This document shows, piece after piece, positions 1 to 12,319 of a stretch of 64,000 bases of DNA. Under the pieces are notes generated by a model, which did no database searches, was not told the origin of the DNA, and was given only the letters and a program-made list of their open reading frames with translations. The DNA comes from Octopus bimaculoides. Lineage: Eukaryota. Made by a program: the position numbers and the translations under genes. The stretch lies in contig NC_068982.1 of NCBI RefSeq assembly GCF_001194135.2, forward strand, positions 121,252,226 to 121,316,225, given 5' to 3'. Positions within the stretch are counted from its first letter, which is position 1; each line of letters starts with the position of its first letter.

Positions 1-66
1 GTCTGTTCTATTAACTCAGAACACCTGACAAACAATGGCAATATCACCAAAAGTACTTTTAATTGG
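1..66 (+). CDS. Possible partial internal exon (VCSINSEHLTNNGNITKSTFNW), product unknown
   Basis: Frame 1 is open for 22 codons and ends exactly at TGG|GTGAGT, a consensus donor. The acceptor lies outside the window and no homology was recognised. Confidence 0.2.
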
Positions 67-880
67 GTGAGTTCTTGTAATTGTCAGCTTAATTGAAATT
101 GCTTTGTCAGTTCTAAGTATAGTGTGCCAGGCTGAGGTGAATGCTGATTCTCAACCCAAAATCCTACACTCAAATGGCAGCAAATTAATTTCAGATATTA
201 TTTGCACAGACATTCATTTGTCAACCCAAGCAGGAAATTTTCAACTGTACTTTCAAGATATATTTAAAGTTTGAAGGAAACTTGATTCAGTACTCTTAAT
301 ACAACTCACTTTTGCTGTATGGTAATAGCAGAAATAATCAAATTGTAATCTTTGCTAAAATCAAAGTCTTCAGTAATATTACAGAATGGAAACAGCATGA
401 ATTTCAGAAATGAAATTCTTTGTAGTTATTTGCACTGAGTGAAATGTTTGCTGTGAAATTTTCAGAGGACATTTCTGCTATAGAAAATTTTCAAAGTTTC
501 TGACACTACCATAAGCGCTATTTTTTGTTGGGTGCAAAGGTTGTATTTCATGTTCTTTACCTATCTTTCTTTTCTTTGTTGCTTTACAAATTGCTTTATG
601 AATAGAGAGAAATTTCTGACTGTGTTTTGAAAGTTAATATTATTTGTTTCACTGTATATTCTTTTACTCATTTCCTCATTTCCTCATCTTATCATGTTCT
701 TTCTTTAATATTGGAATATTTCATAGCATTTGAGCATGAATGAGATTTTGTGAATGACCTGAAATACTTGCCATCAATACGACTGGATTATATATACTGT
801 TATTATTTTGTTTTTATTAATTTCTTTTAGTTAATTGATTTTGTTTTCGCAGATGTATTCAATCAGATATCTCTATTTAA

Positions 881-1925
881 TTTTTATAATTTCACATGCA
901 TCCAATTAGATACTTCTTCTTTGTTTTCATTCTATGAATATTCTTATTAACAGTATTCTGTTCCTTTAATAAAATCCTGTATGAAGATCAAAGAAATGGT
1001 ATTCAGGGTCGCAAAACTTGAAGTTTCAGCTTTATTAACGATATTTTGATACTCCACTTTCAGTATCAAGTACTCTCTTTTCCCTTTGTCAAAACTTTCA
1101 AGTATTCATGCAAACATACATGTGCACATACTGACCAATGCCTTGTGAGTGAAATTTCGTTGACAAAATTTGTACAGAAGCCCATCATATATTACCATCA
1201 TCATCATTGAACATCTACCTTCCATGCTGGCATGAGGTGGACCCGACATACATACATACATACATACATACATACCATACATACATACATACATACCATA
1301 CATACATACATACATACATACATACATACATAAATACATACATACACACATACATGCATACATACATACATACATACGTATATATATATATACATATATA
1401 TNNNNNNNNNNNNNNNNNNNNNNNNNNNNNNNNNNNNNNNNNNNNNNNNNNNNNNNNNNNNNNNNNNNNNNNNNNNNNNNNNNNNNNNNNNNNNNNNNNN
1501 NNNNNNNNNNNNNNNNNNNNNNNNNNNNNNNNNNNNNNNNNNNNNNNNNNNNNNNNNNNNNNNNNNNNNNNNNNNNNNNNNNNNNNNNNNNNNNNNNNNN
1601 NNNNNNNNNNNNNNNNNNNNNNNNNNNNNNNNNNNNNNNNNNNNNNNNNNNNNNNNNNNNNNNNNNNNNNNNNNNNNNNNNNNNNNNNNNNNNNNNNNNN
1701 NNNNNNNNNNNNNNNNNNNNNNNNNNNNNNNNNNNTATTGTAGTATTATACAACCTCTACTCGTCAATATAATATGGTCAAGATAAATAGAAGTAGACAG
1801 AAAATCAACATACCAAACAAACACCGTGTATCCAATATAGTACATAGAAGACTGTTTTTATAATTTCACATGCATCCAATCAAATACTTCCTCTTTGTTT
1901 TCATTCTATGAATATTCTTATTAAC
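881..1925 (+). repeat. 71-bp direct repeat pair (881-951 and 1855-1925)
   Basis: TTTTTATAATTTCACATGCATCCAAT...TTCTTATTAAC occurs twice with 3 mismatches, on either side of a (TACA)n tract and an N-gap. Confidence 0.85.
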
Positions 1926-2654
1926 TGTTGCATTTCGTCGCGTTCGGTAAAAATGGTTTTTTTTATGGTAGTCTGACCTTAGAGTCCCTCATAGCGTGAG
2001 ACATTATTGTATAGTAATGCCCTTATATAAATAAATATATATATTTTGGGAATAAATGATGGATTTTTTCCCTTATGAGGTTTTTCTTTTCACGCTAGCT
2101 ACTTGATAAATTCTTGTAAAAGAATTCAACCTATTATTGAATTTAAATCATTTTGTGTCCATCTTCAATGCTGGCATGGGTTGGATGGTTGGACAGGATT
2201 CAATGAGCAGAACTCCAATATTGACTTTGGCATGGTTTCAACAGCTAGATGCCTTTCTAACACCAACCACTTTACAGAGTGTACTGGGTGCATTTTTGTG
2301 AGACTGATACTTGTGAGGTCATAAGTAATTTGCAAGACAAAGAAAAGAACCACTTAACTGAGTGGGGTTGTTGTTGAGAGGGAAGTGGCTTTATGCTTGG
2401 TAGTATGAGTCTAAAATATGACAGAGGAACAGGTACAGATATTTTGCTAAAGAAGTGTTATATGGCTACCCTACATTATATAAGTGTGAGTAGGAGTAGT
2501 AGGAAAGAAGACAAAGATGGTGGTGACAAGATGTCAGAGTGTACTCTCAATGTGCAATGTGAGTATAAAAGAAATACATGCAAAAGATCAGGAAGGGTTG
2601 GTAGATAAGTTTGTAAGAGTATGAAAGGAGAGTAACAGGTGGTTAGGGATCTTC

Positions 2655-2800
2655 ATCATCCGTTAACGTCTGTTTTCCATGCTCGCATGGGTTGAACAGT
2701 TTGACCAGAGCTGGCAAGATGGGAAGCTGCGCCAGGGTCCAGTCTGATTTGGTTTGGTTTCTATGGCTGGATGCCCTTTCTAACGCCAACCACTTTTAAC
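2655..2800 (-). mobile_element. SINE family B fragment (GAT-tailed)
   Basis: Matches the CATCATC-GTTTAACGTCCGCTTTCCATGC...GGATGCCCTTCCTAACGCCAACCAC motif repeated many times in this window. Confidence 0.8.
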
Positions 2801-2809
2801 ACGCCATCA

Positions 2810-3240
2810 TCACGAGTGGTTGCAATCTGGGGAGTTAAGTGGCCAGATGTTAGGGGTGATGTAGTAGCAGAAATTGTCTGACATCCACGATTGGGTTCTC
2901 CTGCTTGTGTGACACGGTGTAGAGTCCTGTCTTTCAGCAGCCACCCTCTTCACCCAGGGCAGCACTACCGCCTCCAGATACTTGATGTAGGCCTCCATAC
3001 TGAGTCTGAGGCCGCGTAGAAAGATTAATGGAAGCATAATGTCACCATCACTAGTGATCACTCCAAACACCATAATGTTGACTGAATGTTTGATTTTTAT
3101 CACTCTTGGTACATGTTTTGGGGACATGGCAAGCCAACAGTTGTTCTATATGTTCACCATCTGTTCATATTGGAGCTTCTGGCGTGAATGCCAAGCAGTA
3201 CAGCACGCCATTTCCAAATTTCTGGCGGAGTGAATTACGT
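2810..3240 (-). mobile_element. Internally deleted Tc1/mariner (maT-like) transposase remnant
   Basis: The translation NIMVFGVITSDGDIMLP...EAVVLPWVKRVAA..QDSTPCHTSRRTQSWMSDNF...IWPLNSPDCN carries the DDE/D catalytic-region motifs. A short N-terminal piece (PPEIWK..AVLLGIH) is joined directly upstream. Confidence 0.85.
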
Positions 3241-3936
3241 TATGCTGCTGTGTTTCTTACAGATGGAACCCAACTGACCCTACTATACTGTGTAGTCAAC
3301 AAAATCAAAACGAAACAATGTGCATGCATGAAAATAAAAATATGAAATGGTGACAATTTACCCATCACACCATATATACACACACACACATATATGGTCT
3401 TGTTCCTGGCAGAAGATGAAACATGAAGTTAATACTAAATCTTTGACTAAAATAATACGTATTATCAGCCACACCCATCACTAATTCAACCAGTCATTTG
3501 ACTATTTATTCTCTTTTTACATTCAATTTTCCATGCTTGGTTTGGTGCAGTGGTTTATTTATTAGAATCATTGTTCTTTGCAGCCACTCAACTGTGATAA
3601 TAGTGAATAAAGTATCTTTGTTTGTTTAGCTAGGTAAATTTAGCCTAGTGATGGAATACATTTGCTGTAGTAATAAGGTTTGAACTCATGGTTACTGTAG
3701 TCAGCAGTCATGGATTTTGACACTTTTGGGTACTAATCCACTGAAGACCACCATTAGTTCTATGATAAGAACGGCATATTTTAAAACGTTCATATTTGAT
3801 TTAAAACCCTATCTTAACTTTGTGTTAAAATATTTTAAATTGTGTTCCAAGCAACAGCCTAATAACAAAAAAGTTATTTTCCTAAATCCTTGAAAATTCT
3901 TCATTATTTAAAAAATTAATTCAGGTGTGAGTTTAT

Positions 3937-4079
3937 GGTAAGAAGTTTGCTTCCTAACCACATGGTTCCAGGTTCAGTTCCACTGTGTGGTACTTTCAGC
4001 AAGTGTCTTCTACTATAGCCTCGGGCTAACCAAAGCTTTGTGAGTGGATTTGGTAGACGGAAACTGAAAGAAGCCCGTC

Positions 4080-4111
<32 letters not shown>

Positions 4112-4320
4112 TTTGTATCTGTGTTTGTCCCCCACCACTGCTTGACAACCAGTGCTGGTGTGTTTACATCCCTGTACTTTAGAAGTTTGACAAAAGAGAA
4201 TGATAAATACGTACCAGGCTTAAAAAAAAAGTTCTGGAGTTGATTCCTTCAACTAAATATTCTTCTAGGTGGTGCTCCAGCATGGTCGCAGACTAATGAC
4301 TGAAACAAGTAAAAGAAAGA
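3937..4320 (+). mobile_element. SINE family A (tRNA-like head, internal microsatellite)
   Basis: TGGTAAGAAGTTTGCTTCC...GGTTCAGTTCCACTG head, then ...GAAACTGAAAGAAGCCC-(TG)n-...GACTGAAACAAGTAAAAG; multiple copies in the window. Confidence 0.9.
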
Positions 4321-4952
4321 TAAGACTTAATTCATCCCCCAGTCTGAGGCCGTGTATGCAGTCCTTGGGTATGTTTAGCAGAGTCCACTCTGTTGTAAGT
4401 ATTTATATCATGTCTCAGCCCTGAGGGCAACTTTCTCCCTTCTTTCCAAGCATTCGCATAGACCCTGAGAAAGGTCATGAGGTTTGCTCTTTCTCTTGTG
4501 ACTATGTGATAAAAAGGGAAATATATGTATCATCAAAAGTTTGGTGGTAAAAGGTTAATGCCACACTTTAATGTATCCCTTAATTCTACATGTCTGCAAT
4601 CATTTTTTTGTTTTTTACATGTATCAGTCATTGGACTGTGGTCATGCTGGGACACAGACCAACCCTAGCATTTCAAGCTTGGTACTTATTCCATTGATCT
4701 CTTTTGTAGAACTGTTAAGTCATGGCGGGCATAAACAAATCAACGTCAGTTGCCAAATGGTGGTGGAGGACAACATGAAGACATGCACACACACATAGCA
4801 CACACACATAGTACACACACCGAAGACATGCACACACACACTGAAGCTTTGTGATTGAATTTGGTAGGTGGAAGTTACTGCAGCGTGTGTATATGTCTGT
4901 GTATGTGCTTGTGCCTCTCCGAAAGTGAGAGAGGGATATATATATATATATA

Positions 4953-6667
4953 TCTTATATATTAAAAGGCAAGTTGTCTGTGTGTGTGTGTTGTGTGAAC
5001 CATTTCTACTCCTACAATTTTCATCCGAATTTCATCAAATTTGACGTGTGCTCTCTTTGACTTAGGCCACTTTTTCTTATAATTTTTTCCTCGAAATTCC
5101 ATGCACCCAACATAAATAGACTACTCTCAATTCACGTAGGATTTGAACCCACCATGTCCATGCAACAGTACGCATTTCATCTTATATATCAAAAGGCAAG
5201 TTGTCTGTCTGTTTGTTTGCATGTTGTGTGAACCACTTCTACTCCTACAATTTTCAAATTAATTTCACCAAATTTGACATGTGTGCTCTCTTTGACTTAG
5301 TACACTTTTTTCTTATAATTTTTTCCTCGAAATTCCGTGCCCCCAGCATAAATAGACTACTCTCAATTCACCTAGGATTTGGCTTGAGCTAGTAAAAAAC
5401 GTGACAAACACCCAGCTGGAAAAAAATCAATACTTTACTTTGTCAGCTGTGGCGAGCTCTTATCAACTGCTTGCACAGTACTGCCAGCAGTATTCATTTG
5501 CGAGTTACAATTTGCCTCTGTTTTCACATGAGCACCCTTTTTCATGTAGTTATTCCAACTTAAAGCCACTTCAAAACTCTTACCCAAAATTAAAAATCCT
5601 GAGTTCGGTCTGTTTGATCAACATTTTGGCCAACTACATTTTACTATTTTTTGGGTGCTACACATTCACCGCTTTTTCCTTAGGACTTTTTCTATTGCGT
5701 AAACTGATAATTTTCCATGCCTTGAAGCAAAAGATCCAATATAGGTCGGCAAACAAATGCTGCAAAGGAAAGTAAATGTATGTGTGCAAATGAATCTGCT
5801 GAGGATGCTGCCAGGAGGAACTCTCTTAATGCACTTAGGATGGCTTCAGCGTGAAGAAGGGAAAATGAAGAGCAGCATTGTGATTGGTTAGCACATATTG
5901 CCGTGCAACGAGCAATGGTCAGCATGCCGAACAAGAAATGCTTCCTCTACTGCTGCTGCATGAGCTTCAGAGATTGCTGCACAATGTGCAGACCAACTTA
6001 CAAGAGATGCTTCCTCAACTGCTGTTGCATGAGCTGCAGAGACTGCAGCACAACATGCAGATCGAATTACAAGAGATGCTGCAGCAACTGCTGCTGCATG
6101 CGCTACAGAGACTACAGGGGAAAGACAACAATGGATGTTGCTCTATGTGGCAAACAGGAAAACATCAGGTAACCATAGCCTTGTCACCCTATTTATTTCA
6201 TTAGTGTAATCTTCACAGTACGCTCTCTGTTAAGTGCCCCCAATTGTGACATACACAACAGATACTACACTTTTCATCTTTTTTTGCACAGGCCACACAT
6301 CAAATTTTTTGTGCAGATAATGTTGTATGTGCAACCCAATGAAACAGCAGATATACATTCCATTTCTCTTTATGTCATATCTTTAGGCTCAACCTTTCTA
6401 TCTGCTAAACAACACATGTCGGCAGTTATTTGGTAAGGAAAATAAACTCAATTACTTCCAGTTTTTTACAGATCGACCTACTGCCTCAATGGAAAACAAT
6501 GACAATGGTGTGGGCGTATGACTGCATGTTCACTATTGTGCTAAATAAATCAAACAACGCCATTATGATTTCTTTTATTCAGTTCAGAGGTGCATCCGTG
6601 AATGGTCTAATAACCAAACAGGCATACTTAGCAAACAGCCCCAGGCAATGCCGGGTACGCCTGCTAG
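4953..6667 (+). mobile_element. Non-autonomous Helitron with tandemly duplicated 5' end
   Basis: 5' A|TCTTATATAT(T/C)AAAAGGCAAG at 4953 and again at 5180. 3' hairpin CCC(A)GGC-AAT-GCCGGG (~6639-6655) followed by CTAG|T at 6664-6668. The A|TC...CTRR|T pattern with no TSD is the canonical Helitron signature. Confidence 0.8.
5789..6140 (+). pseudogene. Decayed 23-aa STPR-like repeat region (Helitron ORF N-terminus)
   Basis: 69-nt period (ACAAGA(A/G)ATGC at 5931, 6000, 6069). The frame starting at 5931 reads TRNASSTAAA*ASEIAAQCADQL / TRDASSTAVA*AAETAAQHADRI / TRDAAATAAACATETTGERQQWM. The stops and the C/H/W/Q substitutions fall where CpG-containing Arg codons would restore an ET..QR..RL pattern. 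Confidence 0.65.
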
Positions 6668-6738
6668 TATATATATATATATATATATATATTACTTCAA
6701 ACAAGAATTAGTGTCGCTATCTCTAGCCAAGCTATTAT

Positions 6739-6784
6739 TCTGTGCTGATGAAGAGAAATAAACTAGAAACCATTGGTATACAGA
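6739..6784 (+). ncRNA. Minimal type I hammerhead-ribozyme-like motif
   Basis: TCTGTG-CTGATGA-(weak stem II)-GAAAC-CATTG-GTA|TACAGA: intact core, 6-bp stem I with one G-U pair, near-palindromic stem III (ACCATTGGT). Confidence 0.55.
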
Positions 6785-7044
6785 TTTTTCTTTGAGCTGA
6801 GTGGTGTCACTAGCTTCCTCATCCGAAAATATAAGGTCACTGTTAGTGCATCGATAACCAGCTTGAGACGATGTTTTCCTGGGGCTCAATAGCAGTAACA
6901 TTACTCCTAATCAGGACTGCCACTTAATGTTCGCAAATAAACTTTACTTTAATGTACCGTTGTTGCATGTTTCTCGTTCAGAAATTTAGAACTAATAGTT
7001 TTTCAATTTATATAACTAACACACACACACACACACGCACACGC

Positions 7045-7076
<32 letters not shown>

Positions 7077-7099
7077 TTGAATGTTGGACCTCACAGAGA

Positions 7100-8170
7100 T
7101 GATAACAAGTGACTGCGACCTTTGGCGATATGCTGTGCTTGAGAAGACTTGTTAAGCCAAGTGAAATCATGGTCATGGCCAAATCGTAGTCATGGCCAAA
7201 TCGTAGTCATGGCCAATGCCGGTGTCATGTAACTGGCACTTGTGCTGGTGGCACATAAAAAAGCACCCATTACACTCTTGGAGTGGTTGACATTAGGAAG
7301 GGCATCCAACCATAGAGATCATGTCAAATCAGACTGGAACTTGGTACAGCTCTCCAGCTTACCAGTTCCAGCCAAACCATCTAACTAATGTGAACATGGA
7401 AAGCAGATGCTAAATGATGATGATGATGATGATGATATATATATATATATCATCATCATCATCGTCGTCGTTTAACGTCCGCTTTCCATGCTAGCATGGG
7501 TTTCTACCGCTGGATGCCCTTCCTAACGCCAACCACTCTGAGAGTGTAGTGGGTGCTTTTACATGCCACCGGCACGAAGGCCAGTCAGGCGGTACTGGCA
7601 ACGGCCACACTCGAAATGGTGTATTTTACGTGCCACCTGCACAGGGGCCAGTCCATATCATCATCATCATCATCATCGNNNNNNNNNNNNNNNNNNNNNN
7701 NGAAAGCAGATGCTAAATGATGATGATGATGATGATGATATATATATATATATCATCATCATCATCGTCGTCGTTTAACGTCCGCTTTCCATGCTAGCAT
7801 GGGTTTCTACCGCTGGATGCCCTTCCTAACGCCAACCACTCTGAGAGTGTAGTGGGTGCTTTTACATGCCACCGGCACGAAGGCCAGTCAGGCGGTACTG
7901 GCGATGGCCACGCTCAAAATGGTGTCTTTTATGTGCCACCCGCACAAGAGCCAGTCCAGAGGCACTGGCAACGATCTCGCTCGAAAATCCTATGAAGGCC
8001 AGTTATATGTGTGTATATATATATGGCAGGCTTCTTTCAGTTTCTGTCTATCAAATCCACTCAGAAGGCTTTGGTGAGCCTAATTCTATAGTAGATGATT
8101 GCCCAAGCAGTGAGACTGAACCCAAGGCTAAGTGGTTAGAGAGCAAGTTTCTCAACTACACAGCTATGCC
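7100..8170. mobile_element. SINE cluster: tail-to-tail family B copies (duplicated across a gap) plus a family A fragment
   Basis: Plus copy ends GAAAGCAGATGCTAAATGATGAT and the minus copy begins CATCATCGTCGTCGTTTAACG. About 200 bp are repeated identically on both sides of the N-run at 7679-7701. A family A piece lies at ~8020-8170. Confidence 0.85.
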
Positions 8171-9199
8171 TGCATCTATGTGTCCTGCCTTTAAATGCTA
8201 ATTTTTAGTTTATGAAAGTTCTCTGATTTTAAGAATGGTTACGATCGTTTTTGTTGTTATTGCTACTTTGAGTGGACTTTCTTAGTGCTAACCAAGCAAA
8301 TTTATATACAAGGTTTGTCATAAATTGTTGGCAACCAGTCTTTCCAATAGCAACTACCCTTCATTGGTAGAGTACAATTCACTTTCAAATGACTGACACC
8401 ACTTGAGATAATCTTCAAAACTATCACTTGGTTTCAACACTCAGTACACTTCCCTTAAATATGAAGGTGATAAGTGGTAAGAAGGTGACTACAATAAACA
8501 GGACAAGCATTTTGTTTGCATGCAGTAACTAAGTTCAATTTTTACTAACAGCAAAGTTCACTGAAAGATGGTTTAAATCAGTATAAAATACCCATGATAC
8601 ACTGTGGGGAAGATTGAGATTGGTGTGATACCTTCACAACCCAATTGTTTATAACTTCCAGTATGCATCTTCTCCTATTTGCTTTCCATGTCCACCAATA
8701 AGTATTGACTTTGGCATTCTTCAGGGATTTAATTTAGGATAACCAATGTTATCTCTTAATGATTTAGAATGTGTTTTGTTAGTTATTTTATACTTCTATA
8801 AACTTTATTTATTCATTCAATGGTATTCTGTTCTGGTGTTTACTGACAAGAATCCCAATGGACTTGTATTCTGAAAACAGAATTAGTTGAAAGGCTGCAG
8901 TATCATGTATGATAATCTAACTTAAAACATTATGGCCTAGGCTATAATATTACAGTAACCTCCAAAAGTCAAATTTAACTGAAATTTAAAACTATCTTAT
9001 AGATATTATGAAAGTGTTATTGTTGAATTGTGATGGGTTGAATTAATGCTGAGAGACAGTGGTATACAGGGAATATCTGCCAAGTTATTTATCAAAACAA
9101 ATGATGGGGCTTTTCCGTGATCACTCAAATTATTAGTAACAGCAGGGAAATCTCCCTAAAAATCACATACTAATATATTATATAAAAGAAGGATATAAT

Positions 9200-9478
9200 G
9201 GATAATGTCCAGTCTCCCTGGTGGTGTACTCGATTGACCTGCAAAAGTCCTGTTCTGGTGCAACATAAAAAGCACTCATGGCAGTGCCACATAAAAGCAC
9301 CCATGTTGCACCATGTAAAAGTACCCAGCACACTCTGTAAAGTGGTTGACTTTAGGAAGGGCATCCAACCATTGAAACCAAACCAGATCAGACTGGAACT
9401 TGGTGCAGCTCCCCAACTTGTCAGCTCTGGTCAAACTATGCAACTCATGCCAGCATGGACAATAGACGCTAAATGATG

Positions 9479-9510
<32 letters not shown>

Positions 9511-9520
9511 GATGATGATG
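9200..9520 (+). mobile_element. SINE family B copy with (GAT)n tail
   Basis: AAAGCACCC...TTAGGAAGGGCATCCAACC...CATGGACAATAGACGCTAAATGATGATG matches the family. Confidence 0.8.
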
Positions 9521-9650
9521 ATGTGTAGATCATAGGTGTGCTTGTTTAGAGCTGCCTTGGTGCTAAATGACAACAACTAAGTTATTTGTTGTCAGAGAAT
9601 GGCAAGCCTCAGTTGTTATTTGCTCCTATCAAATGTGTATTTTTTCTTAG

Positions 9651-9848
9651 GTGAATCAAAGACAGGCTATCCCAACTCTAGGCTGCAACCACACAGATCA
9701 TTACCTTATGTGTGTGTGTGAAGACAGAGCATACTGTCAAGGCTTTAGTGTAGAACTTTGGATTTGTATGGAATGTAAGAAGACTTATGTTGGGACTCTA
9801 AGGGTCTGCTACCATGAACCAAAAATAACCATACAAATTAGGGAATAG
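9651..9848 (+). pseudogene. Probable Penelope-like GIY-YIG endonuclease remnant
   Basis: The ORF reads ...GCNHTDHYLMCVC...YCQ...WICMECKKTYVG-TLRVCYHE, resembling the CxxCxxxY(I/V)G(ET.R)xLxxRxxEH motif with an upstream Cys cluster. The resemblance was judged by eye. Confidence 0.4.
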
Positions 9849-11744
9849 AAAGAAGTGACTTACTTTTTGTGTATGGCATATTTCTACAGGTATCTATGTT
9901 TATTCCCACTCTGCATTGTAAGAGTGGTGGGATCACACTTTCTTTATTTGAGACAATAAGACTGATCGTATTGTAATAGTCTTTGAACAAACACAGAATG
10001 GTAACCTCACTTTTAGACTCTCATAGAAAATACTTTTAGATTTAATTGTTGCTAAAAAAACAATTACAATTAGAAAACAAGTAATAGCAAAAGAACACAG
10101 AAAATGAGAATTTAGAAAAACAGCAGGAGGGCTTTTTTTAAATTATTTTTTATTCTTTCTAGAAATCTCTTGCCATTATTTTTGTAATTAAATTTTCTAA
10201 GTGGTTTTACAAATTGGATTCACAATTAATGTTTAACTTCAACAAAAATGTTTATAATTATAAATTATGAGGTTTTGTGTTATATTTTCAACATTTACCA
10301 ATTTCTTTTCACCTCATAAAGAAATAATTGAAAATGCCAAAAGCTTTAATTTACTTTGGTTTTTCTATGTTTTTATGTCCATTGTAGAGTTTTAGAATGG
10401 ATTAGAAGAATTATATATTTTATCACAGGATTATTCTTGCCTTTATGTTTCTGTCTACATCATATATAATCTCTAAATGTCTTTAAGATGATATTTAAGA
10501 ATTATATTTCTATATATATTGAGATAAATCTTTTAAAATGTGGTATCTAAAAATGACATGAGGACAACAGGTAAGGTGGTATTAATGTATTTCATATATA
10601 GGTTCCATAAATACATGGAGAGGTAAAATTGGAAATGATATTAGTCAATGGGAAATATCATTTTCATTTTTCTGGCAAATGTAAGAGACAGTTCTATACG
10701 TGTTTCAGTTTTATTCTGAACTCTTTAATGAAGTATAACTCTTACCATAGTTACTGAAACAGAGATGAAATAATCATTGGTTGGTGTAGAAAAATGCAAC
10801 TATTTAGAATTTAAATAACTCAGTGACACCATTTGCATAAGAAGCAATTGTTAAATTAGAGTCAACATCTTTTATATTATGGGCATTAATGTAAGCAACA
10901 TGATATAAATATGTGATGAAGACAAAATTTATATATTTTGATGACTAATCTTACTTTCATATGACACTAATAGCCCTGATCATTGATTTCCAGTGATCCA
11001 TTGAATACATCTGATAAATTAATTGGTAGGTAGGGAGGGGGAAAATCTAGACCAGTGTAGTTAACTATTTACTGTAACTAATGATAGCACAGAAGTTATT
11101 GAGGTTGTTTAGCCCCAGGTGAGCACTGGGTGTTCAGACTTAATCATAATGTCCCAGCTACGACCATCCTGTCATTTTATGTACATCACAGTCAATATTG
11201 TCCAAAGATTCTCTGCTCTTGTAAGATCGTAAGGTATGATTTGAAACCAACACTGAGGTATAACTTGTATCTGTATTAGCTAGAATAGGCAGAGCTAGGC
11301 AGAGTCATATGTCTTGTGTAAGACTCAGGGTTTTGTATTTTCATTTGAGCAAAGGTTTCACTCTTGCTATTATTGTTGTTTGTGTTGTTAATGTTTTAGT
11401 TGTTGTTGGTGTAGTTGATGTTTTAGTTGACACTGCTGCTGTAGTTGTTGTAATTGTTGTTGTTGATGTTGAGGTTTTAGTTTTGTTGCAGTTTTTATGT
11501 TTATTAATCGTTTAACCAGTGTAGGAAGAACGGACAACATTCATTCATGATCTTTTATACAAAGTCCCTGAAGTTAGAGGAAGGAAGCAAGGAAAGAAAC
11601 TTGGTCAGAGTGTTTATGCCAGAATGGTTTCTATTAACAATAGTCAGGTGATGGTATTAAACAGAGTGATGGTTTAAGTCTACCACATTTGAACTGGTCT
11701 AGTCTCGCCAACTGGCTTCCACACACTTTCTGTATATTACATCA

Positions 11745-12250
11745 TCATCATCATCATCATCGTTGTTTAACGTCCGCTTTCCATGCTAGCATGGGTTGGA
11801 TGATTTGACTGAGGACTGGTGAAACCAGATGGTTAACACCAGGCTCCAATCTGATTTGGCAGAGTTTCTACAGCTGGATGCCCTTCCTAACGCCAACCAC
11901 TCCGAGAGTGTAGTAGGTGCTTTTACGTGTCACCCGCACGAAGGCCAGTCAGGCGATACTGGCAACGGCCACGCTCAAAATGGTGTATTTTATGTGCCAC
12001 CCGTACAAGAGCCAGTCCAGGGGCACTGGCAACGATCTCGCTCGAAAGTCCTTACACATGCTGCGGGCACAAGTGCCAGAAAGGCGACGCTGGGCACAGG
12101 TGCCATCACAATTTCGCTTTCGCTTGCCCCAATAAGTCTTCGCAAGCTGAGTTTCGTGTCCAATGAGGGAGACGACATTGGCATGGGTGCCAGACTTCAT
12201 GCAAAATTTTGATCAACTCAAGGTTGTGGAAGACACTTGTCCCAGATGCT
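11745..12250 (-). mobile_element. Long SINE family B copy
   Basis: The longest copy of the family in the window, from the (CAT)n tail through the internal GGCAACG/GCCAGTC repeats. Confidence 0.9.
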
Positions 12251-12319
12251 GCACCAGAACCATGTAGTTGAAAAATGAACTTCATAACCACTTGGCTATG
12301 CCAGCAAGCCATCATGCCT

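Noticed and set aside
5903-6172. Cys-rich ORF (CCCMSFRDCC...) resembling a metallothionein or keratin-associated protein, and the overlapping Leu/Gln-rich ORF
   Set aside because: Both are alternative frames of the GCT/GCA-rich STPR-like repeat inside the Helitron.
7399-7900. Apparent tandem duplication of a SINE junction
   Set aside because: The shared part is identical on both sides of a 23-N gap, which is typical of a scaffolding overlap artefact.
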